A DNA stretch of 64,000 bases from Nitrospirota bacterium. GTDB lineage: Bacteria; Nitrospirota; Nitrospiria; 2-01-FULL-66-17. The position numbers were made by a program, and so were the translations under genes. The number at the start of each line of letters is the position of its first letter. Within the stretch, counting starts at the first letter, position 1. Positions 18,199-28,523 of this stretch are shown here, piece by piece. The stretch covers positions 213,852-277,851 of the forward strand of contig JBMOMC010000043.1 in assembly GCA_049325335.1 (NCBI GenBank), given 5' to 3'. A model generated the notes under the pieces. The model made no database searches. It saw nothing but the letters and a program-made list of their open reading frames with translations, and was not told the DNA's origin.

Positions 18199-20538
18199 AT
18201 GAAAAGCGGCTTTTGGCTCTCTCTTTCGGTGACCACGTCTCCTTCAGGCAGAAAAATTCGCTGGTTACTCGCGGCATACCTGTCAGGGGTGGTTTTCGTG
18301 GCATGCCAACCCTCGGGCGGAATCTCAGGCGGCGTGGCGACCCCAACGATTGGGGCGCTCCCAGCCAGCACGCATCAGAATCGGATCACGCTCACTGGGG
18401 GAAAGTCCTCGGGGACCGCGATTTTTATCGATGGCATCGCCAGGGTGGTTGTTGACGATCGGACAGTATGGACCGCAGCGGTTGATCTTCAGGAAGGCCT
18501 GAATACCTTTGAAGTCATTGCAATGGATGATTTGGGTAACCTCAGCGGACCGCTTATCGTGGAAATCAGCCGCGATACCGTGCCGCCGGCTGCTCCGACA
18601 TTGTCCGCGCCGACGTCGAGTCCGACCAACCCAGCGACCCTCTCTGGGACCAAAGAGCCTGGGACGTTTGTCCGACTCAATGGCCGACGGATCACGGAGT
18701 TGTCGGATGCCACGACATGGGAGTACCGGGCAACGCTCGCCATCGTTGGCGACAATACAGTCAGCGTCACCGCGGTGGACGAGGCCGGGAATGAAAGCGT
18801 TTCAGCGGACGCGGTGGTTACGCTCACCGCAGCGAGTTGCGACCGCCCCCCGCAACCGGTGTTCCCGCTCGACGGTCGCGCCATTCAGTGGGGCGTGGCC
18901 TTTTCCTGGTCGCAAGTATCGGCCAGCACCTACGACTTGGAGGTGTCGGCCTCTCCCGGATTCGAGAGCCTCCTATTGGATGAGCCCGTCGGCGCGGGGC
19001 AAACCGAATTCGCACCGATCGGGCTGGCTCCTTCTCGGGGCGAGTACTACTGGCGCGTGGGCGCGGTGAATGCGTGCGGCACCTCGTACGGTCCCACCCG
19101 CAAGGTGGTCATCGGGTCCACCACCGGCGACGTGAACGGCGATGGATACGCCGACGTGTTGGCGGGCGCGTACACCGACAGCCGTGCAGGCGGCGGTGCG
19201 GGCGCGGCGTACCTGTATCACGGCGGCGCGGGCGCAGACGCAGACGTCGTCGCCGATGTTGTCCTGACGGGCCGCGGGCCTGGCGACACGTTCGGGACGT
19301 CGGTTGCCAAGGTCGGGGACATTGACCAAGACGGGTACGTGGATTTCCTGGTCGGCGCGCCCCGCGTTGACCGCGATTCACAGGACGATGACACCGGGGT
19401 CGCGTATCTCTACTGGGGCGGCCCCGCAATGACCACGACCGCGAGCGTTGTTTTTCATGGCGAGACTGATCAATCCCTTTTCGGGATGTCTGCGTCTGGC
19501 GTCGGCGACGTCAACGGTGATGGATTCCCGGATCTTGCGGTCGGGGCGTACCAAACGTTGGTGGTGGCGGAGTGCAACGGCATCGAACAAGAGTTGCCGC
19601 TCGTCGGGAGGGTCTACGTGTACTTCGGTGGACCCCGCGACGAGATGGATACGCTTGCCGATGTGGTCTTAACCGGAGAGACCACCGAAATCCCCAATGA
19701 CCGGTCGAGCGCATGCCGGTCCGGAGACGAATTCGGCCTGAGCGTGGCCGGCGTGGGGGACATCAACGGCGACGGGTATGACGACATCGCGGTCGGCGCG
19801 CGTGGACACGATGACGGCGTTGATGCGGACGCGGGCCGGGCGTACGTGTTCTTCGGTGGGCCGTGGTTCGTCGGTGTGGGGGCTGAACGCGCGAATGTGG
19901 TGCTGACTGGGGATGCCGCCGACGATCAGTTCGGCGCAGCAGTCGCCGGCCCCGGAGACACCAATGGCGATGGATTCGCCGACCTGCTCGTTGGGGCGCA
20001 CCAGAGTGATGCGGGAGGGACGGATTCCGGATCGGCGTCATGGTACGGGGGCGGACCGGACGGGGTCACCATGATCCAACAGTTCTCCGGCGCGGTGGCC
20101 GGGGACAGTTTCGGGGCCTCGATGGCCCCGGCCGGAGATATCGACCGCGACGGCTTTGCCGACATGGTCATCGGCGCGTACCTCGTCGGCGCCTCGCCCA
20201 ATGACAGCGGTGCGGTGTCGTATTACCGAGGTAATGCGTTGGGTACGGTCCTTCTTGCCGGGAAGATTACCGGGGAGATTACTCCCAATCCTGATGATCA
20301 GTTCGGACGCGCCGTGGCCGGAATCGGCGACATTGACGGCGACGGGTTCGACGATACCGTGGTCGGGGCCACCGGCCATGATGAGTGTTTTTTGCTCGCT
20401 GATTTTTGTTTTGACGCGGGACGCGCGTATGTGATTGTCGGGCCCAGCGTAACGAATCGGGGAGCCAACGGGGATCCGAGGGACTGGCTCCTTTCCGGTC
20501 TCAGACCCGGAGACCGCTTGGGCTCGTGGGTCAACTGA
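18199..20538 (+). CDS. Surface lipoprotein with Ig-like domains and FG-GAP (integrin-alpha) beta-propeller
   Basis: FVAC lipobox; two Ig-like repeats (..D..GN.S); seven GD[VIT][ND]xDG[YF]xD Ca-binding repeats with FG..V / VGA motifs. Confidence 0.85.
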   Translation: MKSGFWLSLSVTTSPSGRKIRWLLAAYLSGVVFVACQPSGGISGGVATPTIGALPASTHQNRITLTGGKSSGTAIFIDGIARVVVDDRTVWTAAVDLQEGLNTFEVIAMDDLGNLSGPLIVEISRDTVPPAAPTLSAPTSSPTNPATLSGTKEPGTFVRLNGRRITELSDATTWEYRATLAIVGDNTVSVTAVDEAGNESVSADAVVTLTAASCDRPPQPVFPLDGRAIQWGVAFSWSQVSASTYDLEVSASPGFESLLLDEPVGAGQTEFAPIGLAPSRGEYYWRVGAVNACGTSYGPTRKVVIGSTTGDVNGDGYADVLAGAYTDSRAGGGAGAAYLYHGGAGADADVVADVVLTGRGPGDTFGTSVAKVGDIDQDGYVDFLVGAPRVDRDSQDDDTGVAYLYWGGPAMTTTASVVFHGETDQSLFGMSASGVGDVNGDGFPDLAVGAYQTLVVAECNGIEQELPLVGRVYVYFGGPRDEMDTLADVVLTGETTEIPNDRSSACRSGDEFGLSVAGVGDINGDGYDDIAVGARGHDDGVDADAGRAYVFFGGPWFVGVGAERANVVLTGDAADDQFGAAVAGPGDTNGDGFADLLVGAHQSDAGGTDSGSASWYGGGPDGVTMIQQFSGAVAGDSFGASMAPAGDIDRDGFADMVIGAYLVGASPNDSGAVSYYRGNALGTVLLAGKITGEITPNPDDQFGRAVAGIGDIDGDGFDDTVVGATGHDECFLLADFCFDAGRAYVIVGPSVTNRGANGDPRDWLLSGLRPGDRLGSWVN

Positions 20539-20541
20539 CGA

Positions 20542-22122
20542 TTACGAGGGGGGTGTCGCGCGCGCGCGACGGCGCTTGACCAGGTCCCACACCGCGCGGG
20601 CTTCCTCGGTTCTCCACAGGGCGTGCAGCGCGCCATAGGCCGCGGCGGAGCCGGCGATTGCCGCGCTGAGCAACGCCATTTTCATGGTCCACGCTCCGGC
20701 AGTGTCCCAGATGGCCAGTCCACTCATGCCCCAACCGATCAACCCCGCGGGCGCGCTGGCGAGCACCGCGAGCGCAGCGGATCGCGCCAACGCACGTCCG
20801 CCGAACGGCCCCAACCCACGACGCAACACCACGAGCAGCACGACGAAGTTTACGCACGAGGCGACGGCGGTGGCGAGCGCGAGTCCGCCGTGGCCAAAGG
20901 GCCCCATCAACACCAGGCTCAGTCCGATATTTACCATGACCGACGCCGCGGCCACGATGACCGGAGTCTTGGTGTCCTGTCTCGCGTAGAACACCGGCGC
21001 CACGACCCGCACTCCGGCGAAGGCCCAGAGTCCCACGGTGTACCCTAATACAGCCGATGCCGTGCCCACGGTGTCCGCGGCTTCGAACTTCCCGTGTTGA
21101 AAGAGGACGTGGATGATGGGCGTTCGCAGCGCGATCAAGCCGATCATGGCTGGAATCGTGATGAACATGATCAGGCGCAGCCCGAACGCCATGGTCTCGC
21201 GCAGCCCGGTCGCGTCCTGTTTGGCGGCGTGCGTGGACAGCGTGGGCAGCAGCGCGGTGGACAACGCGACGCCGAACACCCCGAGCGGAAATTGCACCAG
21301 CCGCATTGCGTAATACAGATACGTGACGCTGCCTTGGGCCAGGTACGACGCCAACAGCGTATTGATGAAAATATTGACCTGGGACACGGAGAGTCCGACC
21401 AGGGTGGGGATCAACAGCAACCCCATGCGCCGAAGCCCCGGATGCGACGGCTGCCACAGCCATCCCAAGGCCAGGTCCGTTCGCCGTAAACTTGGTAACT
21501 GCACTAGGAGTTGCGCCAATCCTCCGATGAACACGCCGCACGCCACCGCGAGTACCGGCTCGTCGAGGAACGGGGCCAGCAGAAGCACGGCGGCGATGAT
21601 CGCGAGGTTGAACAGGGCCGGGGACAAGGCGGGCGCGGCGAACGCGCGCACCGAATTGAGCATGCCCATGGCCAATGCCGCGAGGCTGATCCAGAGCAGA
21701 TACGGGAACATGATGCGCGTTAAATCCGTGGTCAGTGCGGCCTTGCCCGGATCATCGCCGAATCCCGGGGCAATGACCGCGACCAGCCACGGGGCGAGCG
21801 CGATGCCGAGCACGGTCATGGTGGTCACGATCACCAGGATCAGGCTGAACGCGGCGCGGGCCAACCGGCGGGCCTCCTCGCGCGACTCCGTGGTCAAGGT
21901 CTGCGTGAAGACCGGGACAAAGGCCGCGGACATGGATCCTTCCGCAAAGAGTTCCCGCAGCAGGCTGGGAATCCGATACGCGACGTAGAACGCGTCCGCC
22001 ACGTGACTGGCGCCGAACGCCCGGGCCACCACCATGTCGCGCACGAATCCCAGAACGCGGCTGAGCATGGTCGCCCCCCCGATCACCCCGGCGGATTTGA
22101 GGAGTTGGCGGGCCTCGTTCAT
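20542..22122 (-). CDS. murJ: Lipid II flippase MurJ (MviN)
   Basis: SRVLGFVRD, LRELFAEG, AAFVPVF, FYARQDTKTP; many TM helices. Confidence 0.95.
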   Translation of the reverse strand: MNEARQLLKSAGVIGGATMLSRVLGFVRDMVVARAFGASHVADAFYVAYRIPSLLRELFAEGSMSAAFVPVFTQTLTTESREEARRLARAAFSLILVIVTTMTVLGIALAPWLVAVIAPGFGDDPGKAALTTDLTRIMFPYLLWISLAALAMGMLNSVRAFAAPALSPALFNLAIIAAVLLLAPFLDEPVLAVACGVFIGGLAQLLVQLPSLRRTDLALGWLWQPSHPGLRRMGLLLIPTLVGLSVSQVNIFINTLLASYLAQGSVTYLYYAMRLVQFPLGVFGVALSTALLPTLSTHAAKQDATGLRETMAFGLRLIMFITIPAMIGLIALRTPIIHVLFQHGKFEAADTVGTASAVLGYTVGLWAFAGVRVVAPVFYARQDTKTPVIVAAASVMVNIGLSLVLMGPFGHGGLALATAVASCVNFVVLLVVLRRGLGPFGGRALARSAALAVLASAPAGLIGWGMSGLAIWDTAGAWTMKMALLSAAIAGSAAAYGALHALWRTEEARAVWDLVKRRRARATPPS

Positions 22123-22292
22123 GGGGTGGCGGGCGTCGGGTGCCGGCGCGAATCCCACGCGGCGGCGCCTACCCCAGTGGTCTTGATCTTGACTTCGCCC
22201 ACGTCAGCGTGCTACAGATCTCTGCTTCAATACGCGGCTTGAGCGAGTGGGCCCGTCAGCGCAGCGACCGGACAGGATGGAGGAGCAGGGGT

Positions 22293-22562
22293 ATGGGAGT
22301 TCACGCATCGGCGATCAAAAAGGACCGGCAGGCGTTACGCCGCCGGCAACATAACCGCACCATGATGGCCGCGATCAAGACCGCGGTGAAAAAAGTCCGC
22401 GCCGCGGTCAAGACCAAGGACCAGGCCGGCGCCAAGCAAGCGTTGACCGAAGCGGTTCCCACGCTGGCGAAAGCCGCGTCCAAGAAGCTCATCCACCGCA
22501 ACCGCGCGTCACGGTTGATTTCGCGACTGACCCGCCACACCAACCGCGTCGCCGCGGGCTGA
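22293..22562 (+). CDS. rpsT: 30S ribosomal protein S20
   Basis: HASAIKK.RQ...HNR, KAASKKLIHRNRASR; RBS upstream. Confidence 0.92.
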   Translation: MGVHASAIKKDRQALRRRQHNRTMMAAIKTAVKKVRAAVKTKDQAGAKQALTEAVPTLAKAASKKLIHRNRASRLISRLTRHTNRVAAG

Positions 22563-23594
22563 CAACCCGGGCCACCAGGGCCCGGTCAGGCTCCGTCCGG
22601 TCGGAGCCGGTTCCCCTTCGCATAAAGCCGACACCAACCGCTCCATGGCAAGCGTGGGCTGCAGCGCGCCGCCTTTGATCGCGGCGTCCGTCTCCAGACA
22701 CCACGTTAATCCCGCGATGAGCCGCGTTGATGAGCGGCGCTTCGCGGCATCCGCGACGCGGGTCGCCGCGAACGGCGGCAGCCCCAACGCGCCGGCCGCG
22801 GCCGACGCCGCGGTCCCGCTCTCGATCAACGCGCGATACCGCAGCATCTTGCGCCATTGACCCGCCAGGATCGACAACATCAACAACGGGGCTTCGTCGT
22901 GAAGCAGCCGCCTGGTGGCCCCGATCGCGTCGCCGGGGTTTCCCATGGCCACGGCGTGCGCCCAATCGAACACCGAAACCGCGGCTTCTCCGGGGGAGAG
23001 CACCGACAGCTCGTCGGTTGTCAGAGGGCCGGTCGCGCCGCGGTGGCTTACCGTCAGAGTTTCAAGATCCTGAGACAGGGCGCGCATGCTGCCGTCGGCT
23101 CGCGCTAACAGGTATGCCAAGGCCTCGTCGTTCAGACGAAATCCCCGGGCGGAGGCCTCGCGTTGCAGCCATGTCCTGAGCGCGGCGGGTTTGAGCGGAT
23201 CACACGCCACGGTGACGGCGCGTTTGGCCAGCGCGCCCGCCCATGATTTACGCCGGTCGAGTTTGGCCGTGATGAAGACCAGGCAGGTGGTGGTCGCGGG
23301 ATCATCGCAGTAGGCGGTCAATAAGTCGGACGACGCGAGCCGTTCCGCGTCGCGCAGCACGATGAACCGACGCGTTGCGAACGCCGGGAGCGTCTGGGCG
23401 ACAGCCACCAGATCCTCCGCCGCGGTCTCCACGCCCGAAAACACGTGCGAGTTCATCAGGTCATCCGGCGGCGCTGCATAGCGACGCAACGCGGCCAACG
23501 CCTCGTCCGCGAGCCACGACTCCTCGCCCACGATCAGGTACAGTGGGTCGATACGTCCGGCGGCGAGCTGTTTGACGAGTTCGTGCGGAGTCAC
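22509..23594 (-). CDS. holA: DNA polymerase III subunit delta
   Basis: PLYLIVGEE, TLPAFATRRFIV, SVFDW, ETDAAIKGG; leuS-lptE-holA synteny; GTGA overlap with lptE stop. Confidence 0.85.
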   Translation of the reverse strand: MTPHELVKQLAAGRIDPLYLIVGEESWLADEALAALRRYAAPPDDLMNSHVFSGVETAAEDLVAVAQTLPAFATRRFIVLRDAERLASSDLLTAYCDDPATTTCLVFITAKLDRRKSWAGALAKRAVTVACDPLKPAALRTWLQREASARGFRLNDEALAYLLARADGSMRALSQDLETLTVSHRGATGPLTTDELSVLSPGEAAVSVFDWAHAVAMGNPGDAIGATRRLLHDEAPLLMLSILAGQWRKMLRYRALIESGTAASAAAGALGLPPFAATRVADAAKRRSSTRLIAGLTWCLETDAAIKGGALQPTLAMERLVSALCEGEPAPTGRSLTGPWWPGLSARGDAVGVAGQSRNQP

Positions 23595-24169
23595 GGCTTG
23601 GCGGGTGCGGTGTCCATCGGGCGCGGCGCCCGGTCGCGAGCCCGCAGATGCGCGGACACCCGCGCGGCCCATTCTTGGGCCACGTTGTCCGCCGCTTCCT
23701 CGATCGCGCGATTTTTGGCCGCGCGGGTTTGCAGGCTGTCCGCCGACTCCCGGTATTCCGCGGTGCCGGTGAGCGAGTCCTGAAAGGGTTCACCCTCGCG
23801 CGGGGCGGCCGTAACCTCCGCGGTGATCGCCACGCGTTGTTCCAGCGGGCGGTTGGCGGCGTCGAACGAAACCGCGGTGACGCCGACCCCGGTCACCGTG
23901 CCTCGGATCACCAGGTCGGCGGACTCGGGCGCGGACACGAGTCTCCATCCGGCGGTGTTCTCCACGCGTAATCGCACGCGCTCGGTCACACGCGCGTCCA
24001 CAAAGGGTTCGAACGTCCGGTTTTCAAAGAGCGGAACCGCCACCGGAGTGGGCCCGGTTCCGTCCCGAGACGAAACCAGTCCGTAGCCGCACCCCATTAC
24101 GAGGGCCGACGCCGCGAGCGCCGCGGCCGCGCGGCTAGCACGATACGGGAAAACCCGCAGGTTGCTCAA
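23591..24169 (-). CDS. lptE: LPS assembly lipoprotein LptE
   Basis: VMGC-GY lipobox, VPLFENRT, ADLVIRG motifs; lies between leuS and holA; start codon uncertain. Confidence 0.75.
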   Translation of the reverse strand: MSNLRVFPYRASRAAAALAASALVMGCGYGLVSSRDGTGPTPVAVPLFENRTFEPFVDARVTERVRLRVENTAGWRLVSAPESADLVIRGTVTGVGVTAVSFDAANRPLEQRVAITAEVTAAPREGEPFQDSLTGTAEYRESADSLQTRAAKNRAIEEAADNVAQEWAARVSAHLRARDRAPRPMDTAPAKP

Positions 24170-24329
24170 AAAGCGCCAGCCGCAAGGCCGCAGCGAGAAG
24201 GAACCCGGAGCGTACTGGGTCGTACGTGAGGCGTTCCGACGAGCGAGAATCCGCACCGCTCCGAAGGAGCGGATCAATTCGAGTTTCCTTACGGATGGCA
24301 AAGCAACGCCGCCTTTTTCAGCAACCTGC
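24157..24329. mobile_element. MITE-like element, 173 bp
   Basis: Terminal inverted repeats GCAGGTTGCTCAAAAAG / CTTTTTCAGCAACCTGC (16/17); internal hairpin CCGCTCC-GAA-GGAGCGG; one end overlaps the leuS TAG. Confidence 0.75.
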
Positions 24330-26809
24330 TACGGAACAACAAGGTTCACCAGGCGGCCGGGGACGTAGACCACCTTCTTCGGCGTTCGACCGCCGATCCA
24401 CCCCTGAATTTTGGGGTCAGCCAGCGCGGCCGCCACCACCTCGTCTTGCGACGCGCCGGCCGCCACCACCAGCGTAGCGCGCAACTTGCCGTTGATCTGG
24501 ACCGGCACCGTGACATGCGAGTCAGTCATCCAGACGGGGTCCGCGACGGGCCAGGGCTGCTGCGCCACCGACGGCGCGTGCCCCAACTCGCCCCACAGTT
24601 CCTCGGCCAGGTGGGGCGCGAACGGCGCGAGCAACAGCGCGAGGGTATTGAGCGCATCCCGCATGGCGGGGCCGAGCCCGGGAGCCTCCGTTGGTTTGAA
24701 CTCCGACAACGCGTTGACGTACTCCATGAGTCCGGCGACCGCGGTGTTGAAATGGTACCCGTCCTCGATGTCGTTGGTGACCCGTTGGATCGTGCGATGC
24801 ATGGCGCGTCGGACTTGAGCGACCGCATCGTCGCTCGCGGGAGCGGCCGCGGAATGGCCCGCGCCGACCTCGACCCACGACGCGACCAACCGCCACACGC
24901 GCCCCAGGAATCGGTGCACGCCCTCCACGCCCTCGTCGCTCCATTCCAGGTCCTTTTCCGGCGGCGCCGCGAACAGGATAAAGAGCCGGGCCGTGTCCGC
25001 GCCGTAGGTGGAGACGAGCTGGTCGGGGTCCACCACGTTGCCCTTGGACTTGGACATCTTGGCCCCGCCCTTGATCACCATGCCTTGGGTGAGCAGGCCG
25101 GTAAAGGGTTCATCGGCTCGGATCAATCCCAGATCGCGGATCACCTTGGTAAAAAACCGGGCGTAGAGCAGGTGGAGCACGGCATGCTCGATCCCGCCCA
25201 CGTATTGGTCCACCGGCATCCATCGCGCCGCCGCGTCCACGTCGATCGCCAACGGGCCGCGCGGGGGCGGGACCGTGAAGCGCAGGAAGTACCAGGACGA
25301 GTCCACGAACGTATCCATGGTGTCGGTCTCCCGACGCGCGGGACCTCGGCACGTCGGGCACGCGGTCTCCACGAACGCGCGAGACTCAGCGAGCGGCGAG
25401 CCGCCCCGTCCGGTCAAGGGGACGTCATGCGGCAACGCGACCGGCAATTGATCTTCGGGCACTGGCACCGCCCCGCAGCGATCGCAATACACGATGGGGA
25501 TCGGCGTGCCCCAATATCGTTGTCGCGACACGCCCCAATCGCGCAGGCGATAGTTGATCACGCGTGTGCCGAGTTTGCGGTGTTCGACCGCGACCGCGAT
25601 GCGTTGCTGCGCCTCGATCGGGGTCAGCCCGCAGAACTCGCCGGATTCGACCAGACGTCCGATTTCCGCGACGTAGGCTGCGGACAGGTCCGACGCGCTC
25701 AACGTGCCTTCGGGGTTTTGGATCACCACGCGGATCGGCAACTCGTGTTGCCGCGCGAATTCAAAATCGCGCTGATCGTGCGCGGGCACGGCCATGACCG
25801 CCCCGCTGCCGTACCCCATCAAGACGAAGTTGCCGACCCAGATGGGCACGCGGTCGCCGCTCAACGGGTTCACGGCGTACGCGCCCGTGAACACGCCGTC
25901 CTTCGCGGCGGTGTCTGCGGTGCGCACGCGCGGGTCTTGCGCGCGCACGCGTTCCACGAACGCGCGAACCGCCGCGGCCTCGGGTTTGCCCGCGATCAAG
26001 GACTCGACCAAGGGGTGTTCGGGGGCCAGGGTCATGAACGTGACGCCGAAGACGGTGTCGGGGCGCGTGGTAAATATCCGCACCGTCCGGCCGCCGCCCT
26101 CCACCGGAAACTCGATCTCCACGCCCTCGCTGCGGCCGATCCAGTTGCGCTGCATGGTGAGGACGCGCTCCGGCCAGCCGGTGAGACGATCGCACCCCGC
26201 GAGCAATTGCTCCGCGTAGGCCGTGATCTTGAAGAACCACTGCGAGAGTTCGCGCGAGGTGACCGGCGTGTCGCAGCGCCAGCACCCGCCGTCCACCACC
26301 TGTTCGTTGGCCAGCACGGTTTGGCACTCGGGGCACCAGTTCACGGCCGAGAGCTTTTTGTACGCGAGCCCGCGCTCGAACATCTTGACGAAGAACCACT
26401 GGTTCCAGCGGTAGTACTCCGGGTCGCAGGTGGTGACTTCGCGCGACCAGTCGTAGGATACGCCCAGGCGTTTGAGCTGGGTCCGCATGTGCGCGATGTT
26501 GTCGTACGTCCAGGTGGCGGGGTGCACGCCGTGTTTGATTGCGGCGTTTTCCGCGGGCATCCCGAACGCGTCCCACCCGATCGGGTGCAACACGGCGTGT
26601 CCCCGCATCCGCTGATACCGCGCGATGACGTCGCCGATGGTATACACGCGCACGTGGCCCATGTGGATGCGGCCCGAGGGGTAGGGGAACATCGCCAGGC
26701 AGTAGAACTTCTGCCGCGCGTCGGGATCGGGCGTGGCAAAGAGACGGGACGCGTCCCACGCGGTTTGCCAGCGCGCTTCAATGGCCTTGGGATCGTATTT
26801 GGGATTCAT
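24329..26809 (-). CDS. leuS: Leucine--tRNA ligase
   Basis: [35 protein letters not shown]. Confidence 0.97.
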   Translation of the reverse strand: MNPKYDPKAIEARWQTAWDASRLFATPDPDARQKFYCLAMFPYPSGRIHMGHVRVYTIGDVIARYQRMRGHAVLHPIGWDAFGMPAENAAIKHGVHPATWTYDNIAHMRTQLKRLGVSYDWSREVTTCDPEYYRWNQWFFVKMFERGLAYKKLSAVNWCPECQTVLANEQVVDGGCWRCDTPVTSRELSQWFFKITAYAEQLLAGCDRLTGWPERVLTMQRNWIGRSEGVEIEFPVEGGGRTVRIFTTRPDTVFGVTFMTLAPEHPLVESLIAGKPEAAAVRAFVERVRAQDPRVRTADTAAKDGVFTGAYAVNPLSGDRVPIWVGNFVLMGYGSGAVMAVPAHDQRDFEFARQHELPIRVVIQNPEGTLSASDLSAAYVAEIGRLVESGEFCGLTPIEAQQRIAVAVEHRKLGTRVINYRLRDWGVSRQRYWGTPIPIVYCDRCGAVPVPEDQLPVALPHDVPLTGRGGSPLAESRAFVETACPTCRGPARRETDTMDTFVDSSWYFLRFTVPPPRGPLAIDVDAAARWMPVDQYVGGIEHAVLHLLYARFFTKVIRDLGLIRADEPFTGLLTQGMVIKGGAKMSKSKGNVVDPDQLVSTYGADTARLFILFAAPPEKDLEWSDEGVEGVHRFLGRVWRLVASWVEVGAGHSAAAPASDDAVAQVRRAMHRTIQRVTNDIEDGYHFNTAVAGLMEYVNALSEFKPTEAPGLGPAMRDALNTLALLLAPFAPHLAEELWGELGHAPSVAQQPWPVADPVWMTDSHVTVPVQINGKLRATLVVAAGASQDEVVAAALADPKIQGWIGGRTPKKVVYVPGRLVNLVVP

Positions 26810-26928
26810 CGCGACGACGCTCGAATGGCCTGTTTCATAACACAGTCGCGCGCGACGCGGCAAGCGCCGTGTTGCGGAGGCGGGGAGGGTTGGAGTAGAG
26901 TACCCATCCCAACGGGATGAGGACGGGT

Positions 26929-27264
26929 ATGGCCGTGTCGTATACGCCGGTGGAGATCGCCAAAGAAGGCGACGACGTGATTCGGATCACGTGGGACGAC
27001 GGACACCAGGGCCGATACACCACGCGATATTTGCGGGCGAGTTGTCAGTGCGCCGCGTGCGTGGACGAGTGGACCGGCCAGCGGCGCGTGACCATCGAGT
27101 CGGTTCCCGAGGGGATTCGCGCGCTCAAAATCGCGCCGGTGGGCCAGTACGGCATCCACATTGATTGGAGCGACGGACACGGGACCGGCATTTATGCGTT
27201 TGACGTGCTGCGAAAACTCTGTCCGTGCGCGGGGTGTCTGGCGACCCCCATGTCCGCGTTGTAG
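26929..27264 (+). CDS. DUF971 (GBBH-like N-terminal) Zn/Fe-S-binding protein
   Basis: [32 protein letters not shown]. Confidence 0.85.
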   Translation: MAVSYTPVEIAKEGDDVIRITWDDGHQGRYTTRYLRASCQCAACVDEWTGQRRVTIESVPEGIRALKIAPVGQYGIHIDWSDGHGTGIYAFDVLRKLCPCAGCLATPMSAL

Positions 27265-27287
27265 TCGTCGGGTCGGAGTCTGGCGTG

Positions 27288-27536
27288 ATGGATGAATGGG
27301 AAGACGGCAAGAAACGATTGATCGACTTGGTGCGGGACGCTGCGTCGGACGTGACGGTGGTCATTCCCACCAAACCCACGGGCGGGATGTTTTTGATCGC
27401 GCTCGCCAAGGGCAGGGCCAAAAAATTCGTGTCCGTGTCCGAAGACGACCTGATCGACCTCGTGGACGACCACGCGGTGGAGACCGAGGTGATGGGCAAG
27501 GTCCGCGGCACGTTGCGTGAGTTGGCGGGAGGCTGA
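27288..27536 (+). CDS. Hypothetical protein
   Basis: 82-aa ORF, GGAG upstream, fits tightly in the operon. Confidence 0.65.
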   Translation: MDEWEDGKKRLIDLVRDAASDVTVVIPTKPTGGMFLIALAKGRAKKFVSVSEDDLIDLVDDHAVETEVMGKVRGTLRELAGG

Positions 27537-27538
27537 CC

Positions 27539-28162
27539 ATGCGCGAAATCGTGCCCGGGGTATACGAGTGGTCGTGGTTTTCCGACGAGAAACGGATCAC
27601 CTTCAACGGCCACCTCGTGATCGAAGGGCGCGACCGCGTGCTGATCGATCCGCCGCCCATGAGCGAGGCGGACCGCGCCGCCATCGACGAGGGAGGCGCG
27701 GTGACGGCCATCGTGCTGACCAACCGAGACCACGTGCGTGAGACCGCCCTCTGCCAACGGTGGTGCGGCGCGCCGGTGTGGGTTCCCGCGGCCGACGGGG
27801 CGGGGATGGACGTGCGATTCGAGCACACCTATGACGACGCGAACCGCGTGCCCGGAGGGCTCGTGGCGATCCGCGTGCCGGGCGCCAAATCGCCGGGCGA
27901 GTCCGCCTTGTGGTCGTCCGGCCACCGCGCGTTGATCGTGGGGGATGCGGTGATCGGCGCGCCGCCCGGCGCGTTGGGCATGCTCCCTGATGAGAAGTTC
28001 GCGGACCCGGCCAAGGCGCGAGCCGGCGTGCGCGTCTTGCTCGATGCGCGTTACGACTACGACGCGGTGTTGGTGGGAGACGGCGCCTCGATACCGACCG
28101 GCGGCCGCACAGCCTTGGAACAGCTCGTCGCCGCGGTCGTGGACCATAAAGGAGACCGGTGA
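27539..28162 (+). CDS. MBL-fold protein with degenerate metal-binding motifs
   Basis: VLIDPP, LTNRDH (vs HxHxDH), GAKSPGE (vs GHTPG), GDA, VGDG (vs GHG). Confidence 0.75.
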   Translation: MREIVPGVYEWSWFSDEKRITFNGHLVIEGRDRVLIDPPPMSEADRAAIDEGGAVTAIVLTNRDHVRETALCQRWCGAPVWVPAADGAGMDVRFEHTYDDANRVPGGLVAIRVPGAKSPGESALWSSGHRALIVGDAVIGAPPGALGMLPDEKFADPAKARAGVRVLLDARYDYDAVLVGDGASIPTGGRTALEQLVAAVVDHKGDR

Positions 28163-28521
28163 TGTTCAACGTGTTCAACCGATACGATCAAACCCCGGGT
28201 GGGGTCAATGTGGCGGGCGCCGACGTCAAACAACGGCTGGATCGCGGCGAAAAGGTCGTGCTCTTGGACGTGCGCGAGCAGTGGGAGTGGGACATCGCCC
28301 GCATCAACGGCGCGACCCTGATTCCGTTGGGGCAACTCGAAGCGCGTAAGGGCGAACTCAACCCGCAGGACGAGATCGTCATCTATTGCCACATGGGCGT
28401 GCGCAGCTTAAAGGCGCTCCACTATCTCCAGCAACACGGTTTTACGAACCTCAAAAACCTGTCGGGCGGGATCGAAGCGTGGTCCGCGACGGTCGACCCG
28501 ACCGTCCCTCGCTACCGCTGA
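28162..28521 (+). CDS. Rhodanese-like sulfurtransferase (single domain)
   Basis: LLDVRE, YCHMGVRS, GGIEAW; paralog of 188-532. Confidence 0.9.
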   Translation: MFNVFNRYDQTPGGVNVAGADVKQRLDRGEKVVLLDVREQWEWDIARINGATLIPLGQLEARKGELNPQDEIVIYCHMGVRSLKALHYLQQHGFTNLKNLSGGIEAWSATVDPTVPRYR

Positions 28522-28523
28522 CC

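Noticed and set aside
19120..20360. Recurring GGCGAC.T..ACGGCGA.GG DNA motifs as a possible CRISPR or tandem array
   Set aside because: These are coding FG-GAP repeats, degenerate at third positions, with long irregular spacing; no cas genes
24446..26920. 824-aa ORF antisense to leuS (likewise 6828-8336, 46588-48192, 35535-36803 and other long antisense ORFs)
   Set aside because: Shadow frames of GC-rich genes: they mirror the real gene, are Arg/Gly/His-rich and have no motifs
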